A program made the position numbers and the translations under genes. 49,103 bases of DNA from Deltaproteobacteria bacterium (lineage in GTDB: Bacteria; Desulfobacterota; Desulfomonilia; UBA1062), in contig DSAD01000259.1 in assembly GCA_011372875.1 (NCBI GenBank), positions 1 to 49,103 of the forward strand. Reading direction: 5' to 3'. Positions 8,799 to 18,797 of the stretch are shown here, piece after piece. The notes under the pieces are model-generated. The model did no database searches. It saw only the letters and a program-made list of their open reading frames with translations, and was not told the origin of the DNA. The stretch's first letter is position 1. Each line of letters begins with the position of its first letter.

Positions 8799-9647
8799 AT
8801 GGTCAAGGATCTTCAACAGATACAGGAACATGTACCGGATGATAAGGAAAAGAAATTACACAAGAGTCTTTCCGGTATCAGGAATACCATTATGGTCATG
8901 AGCGGCAAGGGGGGAGTCGGCAAATCTACGGTTTGTGCGAATATTGCAATGGGTCTGACTCAGAAGGGATACAGGGTAGGTGTGCTCGATGCTGATATCC
9001 ACGGGCCTGATATGCCCAAGGTCCTTGGTGTAGAGGATGGCAAGCTCATGGCTGATGAAGACGGGAATATCCTGCCTGTCAGGGTTGTTGAGAACCTGGA
9101 GCTTGTTTCCGTGGCCTATCTCATCGACAGCCGGGATACCCCTGTTATCTGGAGAGGGCCGATGAAGCACTCGGTCATTAAACAGTTTCTGCGTGATGTG
9201 AACTGGGGTGAGCTGGATTTTCTGGTTGTAGATCTGCCTCCAGGAACCGGTGACGAACCCCTGTCCATAGCTCAGATCATCAAGAATTCTCAGGGCACAG
9301 CGTCTCCTGGTGCCGTTGTTGTCACGACACCTCAGGACGTGGCATTGCTCGATTCACGAAAGAGCGTGCAGTTTGCCCGTGCCCTTGAACTGAAGATTCT
9401 CGGAATTGTGGAAAACATGAGCGGGTTTGCCTGTCCTCATTGCGGTGAATCCATAGACCTGTTCAAGGTGGGCGGAGGAAGAAAGGCGGCTGAGGAACTC
9501 GGTGTTTCTTTCCTGGGCTCAATACCGATCGACCCCGGGATCGTGACAGGTACCGATGAGGGGAAACCGTTTATTGCCTCAGGTGACGGCTCATCAACGG
9601 TCAAGGCCTTTGAGAAGATACTCGATACCATTATCGAGGATGTGTAA
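8799..9647 (+). CDS. mrp: Mrp/ApbC/NBP35-family Fe-S cluster carrier ATPase
   Basis: Deviant Walker A SGKGGVGKST and the CPHC cluster-bridging motif. AGGAGAAGGA RBS. Confidence 0.9.
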   Translation: MVKDLQQIQEHVPDDKEKKLHKSLSGIRNTIMVMSGKGGVGKSTVCANIAMGLTQKGYRVGVLDADIHGPDMPKVLGVEDGKLMADEDGNILPVRVVENLELVSVAYLIDSRDTPVIWRGPMKHSVIKQFLRDVNWGELDFLVVDLPPGTGDEPLSIAQIIKNSQGTASPGAVVVTTPQDVALLDSRKSVQFARALELKILGIVENMSGFACPHCGESIDLFKVGGGRKAAEELGVSFLGSIPIDPGIVTGTDEGKPFIASGDGSSTVKAFEKILDTIIEDV

Positions 9648-9711
9648 TGTTTTTTCAATTGCATACTTGAAATTATCCTGCATATCGTTTTAACTGGATG
9701 AATACCCAGGA

Positions 9712-12700
9712 ATGAGAGTGAAGCAGTATATGTTTGAGTTCCATATTTCAAAGAGTTCTAGAGATATCTACGGTTTTGACGAATCCCTGTTTTCTACTTC
9801 GGGCAACGTGATCTTTGCCGATTTCGCTGCGGCAAGAAGATTTGCCGATAAAATGAATGCCGTACGTAATGCAGCCCGCTATCCCGAACGTGCGGTAAAG
9901 GCCAGCGAGATCAATGCCATGGGTCTCATAGACGAGATCCTGCATTATATGGTGGAACTCTACAGAAGGACTGTGAATAAAGATGCCATAGCTAAAGCTT
10001 ACGTCTCATCACAGATCAATGTGGGGGATGTGGATGAGACCCTCAAGGAGTTTATAGAGATCTTCCCTGCTGTTCCAGTGTTTAAGAAGATTGTGACCTC
10101 TCAGCAGTATATCGATTCGAATACCATGGGTGTGCCGAATACGCATATAGCGCTTGAAGAGATGATCCTGCTCTATGTATCCAACATGAATCCGGCATAT
10201 CAGCCCTATATAGAGCTCTTTGATGATACTATTCTTGAAGAAAGAACTCGCTATTGTGAAATTATCCGGTACATTGAGAAATATTTTGCCAATCAGCCGG
10301 GATTCGGGCCTTATGGGCAGAATCTTCTCGATCTTCTCATGGCACCTGCTAAGGCTGCCCCGGGTTCCCTGTTTGACCAGCTCGAATATATCCGCATTCA
10401 CTGGGGCCGGCTGATCTCAGAGCTTCTCATACGTATCCTGGGCGGGATCGACTTTTTAAAAGAGGAAAGCAAGCCCCGTTTTCTGGGGCCTGGACCGGCC
10501 TTTGTGCCCCGTTTCACAAAAAGGGATCTGGAAGAGGTCGAACGGTTCAGCCCGGACGAAGACTGGATGCCGCACCTCGTCCTGATTGCAAAGACCGTCT
10601 ATGTGTGGCTCTACCAGCTCTCAAAAATGTACGGTACACAGATCTCCAGACTCGACCAGATACCTGACCGGGAACTTGAAAAACTTGCAGGGTGGGGCTT
10701 TACCGGCTTATGGCTTATAGGAATATGGGAGAGGAGCCCTGCCTCCAAAAGGATCAAGCAGATTACCGGGAATCCAGAAGCGGCTGCTTCAGCATATTCT
10801 ATTTATGACTATGTTATTGCCCAAGACCTTGGAGGCAAGGACGCATTTGAAAAACTCAAGGCCCGTGCCAGGGGCTATGGGATCAGGATCGGGACCGACA
10901 TGGTTCCGAACCATATGGGTATTTACTCGAAATGGGTCATCGAGCATCCGGAACGTTTTCTGCAGCTTGAACACAGCCCGTTTCCCTCATATAGTTTCAC
11001 CGGTGAAAACCTCTCGAAAGAAGACCGGGTCGAAATCCGTATAGAAAACGGCTATTGGGACAGAAGAGATGCAGCAGTCGTGTTTCAGCGTAAAGACAAA
11101 TATACCGGTGATGTCCGATATATCTATCACGGCAATGATGGTACGAGCATGCCATGGAACGATACAGCCCAGCTTGATTTTCTCAAGCACGAGGTGCGGG
11201 AAGCGGTTATCCGCACTACCATCGAGATAGCAAAGGATTTTCCGATCATTCGCTTTGACGCTGCCATGACACTGGCCAAGCGCCATTTTCAGAGGCTCTG
11301 GTATCCCCTGCCGGGTTATGGCGGAGACATTCCCTCAAGGGCTGGCCAGGACATATCCCAGGAGGATTTCGATCGCGAGTTTCCTGTGGAGTTCTGGCGT
11401 GAACTCGTGGATCGTGTGGCGATAGAGGCCCCTAACACGCTTCTTCTTGCAGAGGCCTTCTGGCTCATGGAGGGCTATTTTGTCAGAAGCCTTGGCATGC
11501 ACAGGGTATATAACAGCGCTTTTATGAACATGCTCAAGACCGAAGAGAACAGCAAGTACCGGGATGTTATAAAGAATGTCCTCCGGTTCAATCCGGAGAT
11601 TCTCAGGCGTTTTGTCAATTTCATGAACAACCCCGATGAAGAACCTGCAGCCGAACAATTCGGCAAACAGGACAAATATTTCGGTGTTGCCACCATGATG
11701 GTTACCATGCCGGGACTGCCCATGTTCGGACATGGACAGATCGAGGGTTTCTGCGAAAAATACGGCATGGAATATACACGTTCCTACTGGGAGGAAAGTA
11801 TTGATGAAGACCTGGTGGAAAGGCATGAAAGGGAACTGTTTCCTCTCTTGAAAAAAAGACATCTTTTCAGCGGGGTTGAACATTTCGTTCTCTATGACGT
11901 TTTTACCAAAGATGGGCATGTGAACGAGGATGTCTTTGCTTATTCCAACATGTACGGTAACGAGAGAGCCCTCGTTGTTTATAATAACCGCTATGCACAG
12001 GCTGCCGGATGGATCCGCAGATCGGTCGGCATAAGTGTGAGTGATTCCGGGAAGAGGCGTATTGTGAATAAAAGCCTTGGGGAATCGCTCAATCTTATCC
12101 ATGACGACACCGTGTTCTATCTGTTTCGGGATATGCAAAACGGCAACGAGTTCCTACGTAGCAGCGTCTCAATGTGCACTGAGGGCCTTTACATAAATCT
12201 GGGTGCATTCAAGGTCAATGTGTTTTGTGATTTCCGCGAAATGAAAGATCATGACGGACAGTTGAGACGTCTCCATGATATGCTTGGCGGACGAGGAGTC
12301 CCAGATGTTATGGGATCTCTTAACGAGTTGTATCTGGAGAAGGTCTTGAACCCTTTCAAGGAACTCCTCAGTGCTGATCTTCTTTTCCATACCGTGATAC
12401 AAGGCCGCAGCGACAAAAGTGTTCCTGACGGATATGAAAAGAGGTTGTTATATTTTATCTCACAGGCAAGCGAACAGGCAGGGTGCGATGTTGCGAATCC
12501 GGGTGAGTCAATATGCGGTCTTGTAGAGGCCCTTTTGAGCATCGATGAACTCAGACAAAGCACTGCAGGAAAGACCAGCTTGTATAGTGAGTATCTCTTT
12601 TCCAGGATACCCGAAGGGCTTTCAGAAGATCTATCATGGTGGAGGGTTACCCTTGTTTGGAGCACAATCTGCAGACTGGGACTGCTCTTTGATCAAGCTG

Positions 12701-13182
12701 ACGTTGCCACCAGGAGCCGGGCGCTCATGGATGAGTGGATGCTCAAAAAGGAGATTGTAAGACTTTACATGAGGCTTGGCCTCGATGAGCGTTCCGCCGG
12801 ACATGAGCAGCTTCTAGTGGGGATTCTGACCAGGTATCAGGGCTGGGAGAAGGATATCCTCACAGGTGATACGGGTATATTAATGAGGACCATGCTTTCC
12901 GATTCTGATGTCAGAACCTATATCGGTGCAAACGAGTTCGAGGGAAGATGGTGGTACAATAAGGAATCCATGGAGGATCTGTTATACTGGCTCTATACGG
13001 TCTCGGCAATACAATGCCTTTTTCTGTACCATGAAGACTCAAGAACCCTGCACAGGCATATCAGGCGCAATCACCGGCTGGTCGAGAAGATAATAACACG
13101 CTCTAACAAATCAGGCTTTGACATAGAGGTTCTGATCGATTCTCTGGATAAGAAGGCCCGGAAGAAGCAGGCAACAACCTAG
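9712..13182 (+). CDS. Large (1156 aa) alpha-amylase-superfamily (GH13-type) enzyme with long N- and C-terminal extensions
   Basis: GH13 conserved regions are readable: I DMVPNHMG, II IIRFDAAMTLAKRH, III LLLAEAFW, IV FVNFMNNPDE. About 300 aa N-terminal and about 430 aa C-terminal are not assignable. Confidence 0.85.
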   Translation: MRVKQYMFEFHISKSSRDIYGFDESLFSTSGNVIFADFAAARRFADKMNAVRNAARYPERAVKASEINAMGLIDEILHYMVELYRRTVNKDAIAKAYVSSQINVGDVDETLKEFIEIFPAVPVFKKIVTSQQYIDSNTMGVPNTHIALEEMILLYVSNMNPAYQPYIELFDDTILEERTRYCEIIRYIEKYFANQPGFGPYGQNLLDLLMAPAKAAPGSLFDQLEYIRIHWGRLISELLIRILGGIDFLKEESKPRFLGPGPAFVPRFTKRDLEEVERFSPDEDWMPHLVLIAKTVYVWLYQLSKMYGTQISRLDQIPDRELEKLAGWGFTGLWLIGIWERSPASKRIKQITGNPEAAASAYSIYDYVIAQDLGGKDAFEKLKARARGYGIRIGTDMVPNHMGIYSKWVIEHPERFLQLEHSPFPSYSFTGENLSKEDRVEIRIENGYWDRRDAAVVFQRKDKYTGDVRYIYHGNDGTSMPWNDTAQLDFLKHEVREAVIRTTIEIAKDFPIIRFDAAMTLAKRHFQRLWYPLPGYGGDIPSRAGQDISQEDFDREFPVEFWRELVDRVAIEAPNTLLLAEAFWLMEGYFVRSLGMHRVYNSAFMNMLKTEENSKYRDVIKNVLRFNPEILRRFVNFMNNPDEEPAAEQFGKQDKYFGVATMMVTMPGLPMFGHGQIEGFCEKYGMEYTRSYWEESIDEDLVERHERELFPLLKKRHLFSGVEHFVLYDVFTKDGHVNEDVFAYSNMYGNERALVVYNNRYAQAAGWIRRSVGISVSDSGKRRIVNKSLGESLNLIHDDTVFYLFRDMQNGNEFLRSSVSMCTEGLYINLGAFKVNVFCDFREMKDHDGQLRRLHDMLGGRGVPDVMGSLNELYLEKVLNPFKELLSADLLFHTVIQGRSDKSVPDGYEKRLLYFISQASEQAGCDVANPGESICGLVEALLSIDELRQSTAGKTSLYSEYLFSRIPEGLSEDLSWWRVTLVWSTICRLGLLFDQADVATRSRALMDEWMLKKEIVRLYMRLGLDERSAGHEQLLVGILTRYQGWEKDILTGDTGILMRTMLSDSDVRTYIGANEFEGRWWYNKESMEDLLYWLYTVSAIQCLFLYHEDSRTLHRHIRRNHRLVEKIITRSNKSGFDIEVLIDSLDKKARKKQATT

Positions 13183-13200
13183 ACTGTCCGATGTGTCGGA

Positions 13201-14604
13201 TCAGAAATGACTGCTGCCGTCCCAGCAGTGGGTGCACAGTTTTTCCTTGGGCATGCCGATTGCTTTGACGAGATCATCCATCGTCTGGAATTTCAGTGAT
13301 GAGAGTCCCAGCCTTTTACGGATCTTCTCCACCATGGCCATGTTTTTCTCTGAACCCGGGGTAGCATACTCATCGAGGGGTCCTTCGTCGGAGCCTTCGA
13401 TCTCACGAATGGCTGTACGGCCTGCAAGATCAAGGGTGGAGCGGGATGTGGAAAAGTTGAGAAACTCACATGGATAAATCAGGGCAGGGCAGGCAATCCT
13501 CATATGTATCTCCTGTGCACCGTAATCAAACAGGATCTGAGCATTGTCTTTCAGCTGAGTGCCGCGGACAATGGAGTCATCACAGAACACAATCTTTTTG
13601 CCGTTAATTATGGAGCTGTTCGGGATGAGTTTCATTCTTGCCACAAGATCTCTCATGGTCTGATTCTGCGGCATGAAGCTTCTCGGCCAGGTAGGGGTAT
13701 ATTTGACGTACGGCCTCATGTAGGGGATATGTTTTTCATTTGCATAACCCACAGCATGCCCGATACCCGAGTCCGGTATGCCTGATACGAGATCCGGTTC
13801 AATATCGTCCCTGCGCGCCAGGGCTTTCCCGCATTCATACCTGACCAGCTCGACATTGATGTCTTCATAGTTTGACGGCGGATATCCATAGTATACCCAG
13901 AGGAAAGAACAGATCTGCATATTATCCCCTGGTCTTTTCAGCTGAGTGTATCCGTCAGGGCTTATTGAAACGATCTCTCCGGGACCTACATAATAATCAA
14001 CCTCAAAACCGAGGTTTAACAGCGCGCAGGATTCCGAGGATGCAGCAAAGGCGCCTTTTTTCTTCCCGATTACAATCGGGGTTCTTCCGAGTTTGTCGCG
14101 TGCGGCAATAACGCCGTCCCTGGTCAGAAGAAGGAGAGAGCAGGAGCCCTCTATGGAGTCATAGACATGAGAGATTCCTTCGGAAAATGTTTCCTCTTCG
14201 CAGATGAGCATGGCTACGAGTTCTGTCGGATTGATATCGGTGCCGGTTGTCTCGGAGAAGTATTTTCTCTTCTGGAATGCCTTTCTGCCGAGATTCTCGA
14301 TATTGTTGATTTTGCCCACGGTTACAATGCCGAACCTGCCGAGATGCGAGTTTATGATAAGCGGCTGTGAATCGTAGTCGCTGATGATGCCGATACCCAT
14401 TCTTCCCTGAAGATCCTTCAGTTCCGGCTCGAACTTTGAACGGAAGTAGTCGTTCTCTATGTTATGAATGGATCGCTTGAATCCCTCGCGGCTTACAACT
14501 GCGAGACCGCCCCTTCTTGTTCCTAGGTGAGAGTGGTAATCTGTACCATAAAAAAGATCACTCGCACAGTCATGCTGAGAAACAACGCCAAAGAACCCGC
14601 CCAT
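13201..14604 (-). CDS. Amidophosphoribosyltransferase-like protein (PurF paralogue) lacking the N-terminal nucleophile Cys
   Basis: 467 aa from ATG 14604 (GAGAGGGG 7 nt upstream). PRTase motif KKIVFCDDSIVRGTQ. Cys residues sit at the positions of B. subtilis-type PurF Fe-S ligands. The N-terminus is MGGFFGV rather than MCGxxG. Confidence 0.8.
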   Translation of the reverse strand: MGGFFGVVSQHDCASDLFYGTDYHSHLGTRRGGLAVVSREGFKRSIHNIENDYFRSKFEPELKDLQGRMGIGIISDYDSQPLIINSHLGRFGIVTVGKINNIENLGRKAFQKRKYFSETTGTDINPTELVAMLICEEETFSEGISHVYDSIEGSCSLLLLTRDGVIAARDKLGRTPIVIGKKKGAFAASSESCALLNLGFEVDYYVGPGEIVSISPDGYTQLKRPGDNMQICSFLWVYYGYPPSNYEDINVELVRYECGKALARRDDIEPDLVSGIPDSGIGHAVGYANEKHIPYMRPYVKYTPTWPRSFMPQNQTMRDLVARMKLIPNSSIINGKKIVFCDDSIVRGTQLKDNAQILFDYGAQEIHMRIACPALIYPCEFLNFSTSRSTLDLAGRTAIREIEGSDEGPLDEYATPGSEKNMAMVEKIRKRLGLSSLKFQTMDDLVKAIGMPKEKLCTHCWDGSSHF

Positions 14605-14766
14605 ATCTGTTCCCCTCTCATTAATGTATATTTGTATTGTCCGAAAGTGTTGGTATCCTCTTCTCGAACGATCGAATATATCCTGCCTGAGCTTTTTTCG
14701 GAACTGCCAGGCAATAAGTTGCCGGGGACCGGTATTCTCCGTGTCTTCCGTACGGGACAGGTTCAA

Positions 14767-16305
14767 TCATTCCCATTCTATAGTACTCGGTGGTTTTGAG
14801 CTGATATCGTATACAACACGGTTTACGCCTGCCACCTCGTTGATGATCCTGGACGATATCCTTGCCAGAACATCATAGGGGATCTTTACCCAGTCGGCAG
14901 TCATTCCGTCCAGGCTCGATACTGCACGAATCGCAACAACATTTGCATAGGTCCGTTCGTCACCCATCACCCCGACACTCTTGACCGGCAGCAGTACGGC
15001 AAAAGACTGCCAGATGTCATCATACCCGCTGAAGTTGCGGATTTCCTCTTGTACCCTCAGGTCTGCCTCCTGGAGGATCGCAACATTGTGCTCATTTACC
15101 TCGCCGAGTATTCGTACACCGAGCCCGGGCCCTGGAAAAGGCTGCCGGTTGATAAGTACATCAGGAAGCCCCAGTTCTCTTCCCAGAAGTCTCACCTCAT
15201 CTTTGAAGAGTTCTTTCAGGGGCTCCACGAGCTCAAACCTCATATCATCTGGCAGGCCCCCGACATTATGGTGGCTCTTGATGGTTGCGGATGGTCCGCC
15301 CTTGGCCGATCTGCTTTCTATGATATCGGGATAGAGCGTACCCTGAGCGAGAAATTCCGCGCCTCCTATACGATCCGCCTCTGAGTGGAAGACATCGATG
15401 AAGGTATTGCCGATCCGTTTTCTTTTCTCCTCAGGATCTGTGATGCCTCTGAGGTTGTTGAAAAAGGCCTGACGGGCATCGACAATATCCAGGTTTAAGG
15501 GATATTGTTTCATGAAGATGTCGCGTATCTCCTTGACCTCTCCAGCTCTGAGGAGCCCGTTATCCACGAAGATGGCTGTCATCTGATCTCCGATTGCGGT
15601 ATTGATAAGTGCTGCGGCTACAGCAGAATCGACACCTCCGGAAAGCCCGCAGATAACCCTGGATGAGCCGACGCGTTGCTTGATAGCCCTGATCGATTCT
15701 TCGATGAAGCCTGCCATGTTCCAGTCACCGCTGCAGAGACCTATTTTAAAGAGGTAGTTCTTTATGATCTCTTTTCCCAGGGGTGTGTGTACGACCTCGG
15801 GATGGAACTGGACCCCGAATATATTTTTTTCCGGATCTCCCATGGCAGCTATGGGACACACCCTGGTACGGGCAATAACAGAAAAACCCTCAGGTACTGT
15901 AGTGACCTGGTCGCCATGGCTCATCCATACATCTATTGTAGAGCCGAGGCCGGAAAAGAGCGACCCGTCAATATCGATATCAATGGTTGCAGGCCCGTAC
16001 TCTCCTGAACGCCCTTTTTCCAGGGATCCTCCAAGGACCTTGGAAATAAGCTGCATCCCATAGCAGATTCCAAAGACAGGGATACCCATGCTCAGGATTC
16101 CCGGATCGATCTGCGGGTGTCCTTTTCTCAGAACCGAGGCAGGCCCTCCGGATAGAATTATTGCTTTGGGATTGCGGGATGCGAGATCTTCACAACTTAT
16201 ATCGTGCGGCAGGATCTCGCAGTACACGCGGCATTCCCTTACGCGGCGAGCTATAAGCTGTGCATATTGAGATCCATAGTCAAGGACTATCACAAGTTCA
16301 TGCAT
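14767..16305 (-). CDS. guaA: GMP synthase (glutamine-hydrolysing)
   Basis: 512 aa. Class-I GATase (GICYGMQL, HPE) plus ATP-PPase SGGVDS plus the C-terminal dimerisation domain ending PPSTIEWE. Confidence 0.97.
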   Translation of the reverse strand: MHELVIVLDYGSQYAQLIARRVRECRVYCEILPHDISCEDLASRNPKAIILSGGPASVLRKGHPQIDPGILSMGIPVFGICYGMQLISKVLGGSLEKGRSGEYGPATIDIDIDGSLFSGLGSTIDVWMSHGDQVTTVPEGFSVIARTRVCPIAAMGDPEKNIFGVQFHPEVVHTPLGKEIIKNYLFKIGLCSGDWNMAGFIEESIRAIKQRVGSSRVICGLSGGVDSAVAAALINTAIGDQMTAIFVDNGLLRAGEVKEIRDIFMKQYPLNLDIVDARQAFFNNLRGITDPEEKRKRIGNTFIDVFHSEADRIGGAEFLAQGTLYPDIIESRSAKGGPSATIKSHHNVGGLPDDMRFELVEPLKELFKDEVRLLGRELGLPDVLINRQPFPGPGLGVRILGEVNEHNVAILQEADLRVQEEIRNFSGYDDIWQSFAVLLPVKSVGVMGDERTYANVVAIRAVSSLDGMTADWVKIPYDVLARISSRIINEVAGVNRVVYDISSKPPSTIEWE

Positions 16306-16400
16306 AAGTTTGTTTCCTGGTTATTCATATTTTTGATCTATGCCTGCATCAGTATATAATCCCGGTTGGAATATGTTTTCCACAACCCACGGCACCAGGA

Positions 16401-17228
16401 CTAGAGAGGTATGTTCCCGGTATAAACATTGTCGACACAACCCCTGAGCCACACATCCGAAAAGTGCGTATCTTTGATGAGAAAATCTATTTGCAGTTCT
16501 CCGCCCGGCATGTGGACATGTACCGGCGGTCCCGGGACATGTTTAACAAGATTGCTGATAAGGGCAGATGCGACAGCTCCTGTTCCGCAGGCAAGGGTCT
16601 CGGACTCGACACCTCTTTCATAGGTGCGGACCCTGATATGACCGTCTCCGATAATCTGAACAAAATTTACGTTTGTACCGGCAGGGCTGAAATGCTCATG
16701 TATACGTATGGCGCGGCCGAGTTCCTGGACAGGGATCGAGGAAAGATCTTCGGTAAAGACCACTGTATGTGGTACCCCTGTATTAATAAAATCGACACAA
16801 TATTGATCTGTGCCCATATCAAGAAGGATATCCTTGTGCAGTGTATGGGGGTCTGTCATCCTGATCGAAACATCGTGCGTGTTTACCCTGGCCTCTATAA
16901 TTCCGGCTAATGTATTGAACGACATGTGCGTGCCCGCTACCTTCTGTTCAAAGGCAAACAGGGCTGCACATCGCGCTCCATTGCCGCACATTTCAGCCTC
17001 GCTTCCATCAGCGTTGAAGATGCGGAAATTGAAATCGGCCTCGGCGCTGTGCTCAATGATGATGACGCCATCTGCACCGACAGATGATCTTCTGGTGCAG
17101 TATCGTGCAGCAAAGCCCGACCAGTCAAGGGTATATGCTCTGTGCATGTTGTTGATCATGATAAAATCATTGCCCGTGCCGGACATCTTTGTAAAAGGAA
17201 GCACCATGGTTGCGGCTCTCGATATCAT
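16401..17228 (-). CDS. dapF: Diaminopimelate epimerase
   Basis: FTKMSGTGNDFIMI with both catalytic Cys motifs (MCGNGARC, ACGTGA). The start could instead be ATG 17207. Confidence 0.93.
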   Translation of the reverse strand: MISRAATMVLPFTKMSGTGNDFIMINNMHRAYTLDWSGFAARYCTRRSSVGADGVIIIEHSAEADFNFRIFNADGSEAEMCGNGARCAALFAFEQKVAGTHMSFNTLAGIIEARVNTHDVSIRMTDPHTLHKDILLDMGTDQYCVDFINTGVPHTVVFTEDLSSIPVQELGRAIRIHEHFSPAGTNVNFVQIIGDGHIRVRTYERGVESETLACGTGAVASALISNLVKHVPGPPVHVHMPGGELQIDFLIKDTHFSDVWLRGCVDNVYTGNIPL

Positions 17229-17393
17229 GCGTTTTCAGCTCTCATTCGTGTCCTTGAAAGAAGATAATAACCAGCATCTGATCCAGTCGACCATCAAAAA
17301 CTGAGCTTGCATTAACAAACTCTTCCGGCTAAGTCAAGGATCCAGGATCTTTGTCATAGCGCTTTACCTGGGACAACAAGACGATCATGCAGT

Positions 17394-18626
17394 TTATGCT
17401 TTCAATGCCTGTGATATCCTCGACATGGCCTCTTGAACATGTTCGTGGTTATTGAAGGCGCTGATCCTTATGTATCCGTCCCCGCATGTGCCGAAACCTG
17501 ATCCCGGCGTACATACGACCCCGGCCTTGTTAAGAAGGAGATCAAAGAACTCCCACGAATCGGTATGGGTATTTACCCAGATGTAGGGAGAGTTCATGCC
17601 GCCTGTGCATTCATATCCCAGCGTGAGCATTTCCCTGCGGATAAGGCCCGCATTTTTCAGATAGTAGTCTATCAGCGAAGTTACCTGCTGTTTGCCTTCC
17701 GGGGTGTAGATCGCTGCAGCGGCTCTCTGAACCGGGTAGGAAACCCCGTTGAATTTTGTTGCCTGGCGCCTGTTCCACAATCCATGGATTGAGTGGCTGT
17801 TAGAGTTGCTGTCCCATGCCATACATGATCTGGGTACAACGGTATAGGCACAGCGTGTCCCTGTGAATCCGGCTGTCTTGGAGAAACTCCTGAATTCTAT
17901 GGCAACATCTCTTGCACCTTGGATCTCAAAGATGGACCTGGGAAGTGTTTCATCACGGATAAAGGCCTCGTATGCTGCATCATAAAGGATCAGTGCATTG
18001 TTCTTGCGTGCGAAGTCCACCCATGTCTTCAGCAGGTCTGCGGTTATGACGGCGCCGGTCGGGTTGTTGGGGAAGCACAGGTAGATCAGGTCCACTTTTT
18101 CGTTGGGCAGTTCGGGAATGAATCCGTTCTCCTGGTTGCTTTCCAGGTAGATGATATCCCTGTAGCGGCCTTGAGAGAAATCACCGGTTCGCCCTGCCAT
18201 GACGTTTGTGTCGAGATATACCGGATATACCGGGTCCGGGATGGCAATCTTTATATCCTGTGCAAATAATTCCTGAATGTTTGCCGTATCGCATTTCGCT
18301 CCATCGCTGATAAAGATCTCGTCCGGAGAGATATCAGCTCCACGGGCGTGGAAATCGTTTTCTGCAACAACTTCCCGCAGAAAGCCGTATCCCTGTTCCG
18401 GCCCGTAACCTTTGAAAGAACTCTCCAGGGTCATTTCATCTATTGCCAGGTGAAAAGCATCTGTGCAAACCTTTGGGAGTGCCCTTGTAACATCGCCTAT
18501 CCCGAGCTTGATGATGTCTCTGTCTGGATTCGCCTCCTGAAAGGAGCTCACCCTTTTTGCGATCTCAGAAAACAGGTATGTTGCCTTTAGTTTGAGATAA
18601 TTGTCATTGATCTTTATCATAGTCAT
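17394..18626 (-). CDS. dapL: LL-diaminopimelate aminotransferase
   Basis: 410 aa. N-terminus [21 protein letters not shown] and PLP-lysine motif [15 protein letters not shown] are typical of DapL. It lies next to dapF. Confidence 0.9.
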   Translation of the reverse strand: MTMIKINDNYLKLKATYLFSEIAKRVSSFQEANPDRDIIKLGIGDVTRALPKVCTDAFHLAIDEMTLESSFKGYGPEQGYGFLREVVAENDFHARGADISPDEIFISDGAKCDTANIQELFAQDIKIAIPDPVYPVYLDTNVMAGRTGDFSQGRYRDIIYLESNQENGFIPELPNEKVDLIYLCFPNNPTGAVITADLLKTWVDFARKNNALILYDAAYEAFIRDETLPRSIFEIQGARDVAIEFRSFSKTAGFTGTRCAYTVVPRSCMAWDSNSNSHSIHGLWNRRQATKFNGVSYPVQRAAAAIYTPEGKQQVTSLIDYYLKNAGLIRREMLTLGYECTGGMNSPYIWVNTHTDSWEFFDLLLNKAGVVCTPGSGFGTCGDGYIRISAFNNHEHVQEAMSRISQALKA

Positions 18627-18797
18627 ACCTTCAAAGATTTTGATTTATCACATAACATGAAATCTTTCAGAATTCCAATGCATGAAGATTGCTTTCCTGA
18701 TGTTCTTGTTTGCCTAGATTTATCAGGAAACATTGAAGATAAAGCATACACGACCAAATGTCGATGTATCTGCTATCTTATATTTCAGGATATTGTC

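Noticed and set aside
11335-12138. 267-aa minus-strand ORF inside the GH13 gene
   Set aside because: No motifs, and it is antisense to the segment carrying GH13 regions III/IV.
13184-13204. Small bulged hairpin (ctgtccga-tgtg-tcggatcag) between the convergent GH13 and PurF-like genes, as a bidirectional terminator
   Set aside because: The stem has only 8 bp with a bulge, there is no U-tract on either strand, and it overlaps the PurF-like stop codon.
14605-14766. 54-codon N-terminal extension of the PurF-like ORF back to ATG 14766; also a possible purine or ZTP riboswitch in this spacer
   Set aside because: The extension has no PurF similarity, and ATG 14604 has a good RBS. By eye I found neither the purine-riboswitch core nor the ZTP GGGTCGTGACTGGCG / CCGCCTGGGC modules; only a loose TTGCCTGGCA is present. 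A covariance-model scan would be needed to be certain.
16464-17304. Plus-strand ORFs of 148 aa and 164 aa overlapping dapF
   Set aside because: They are antisense to a gene with both DapF catalytic Cys motifs, and have no RBS or homology features.
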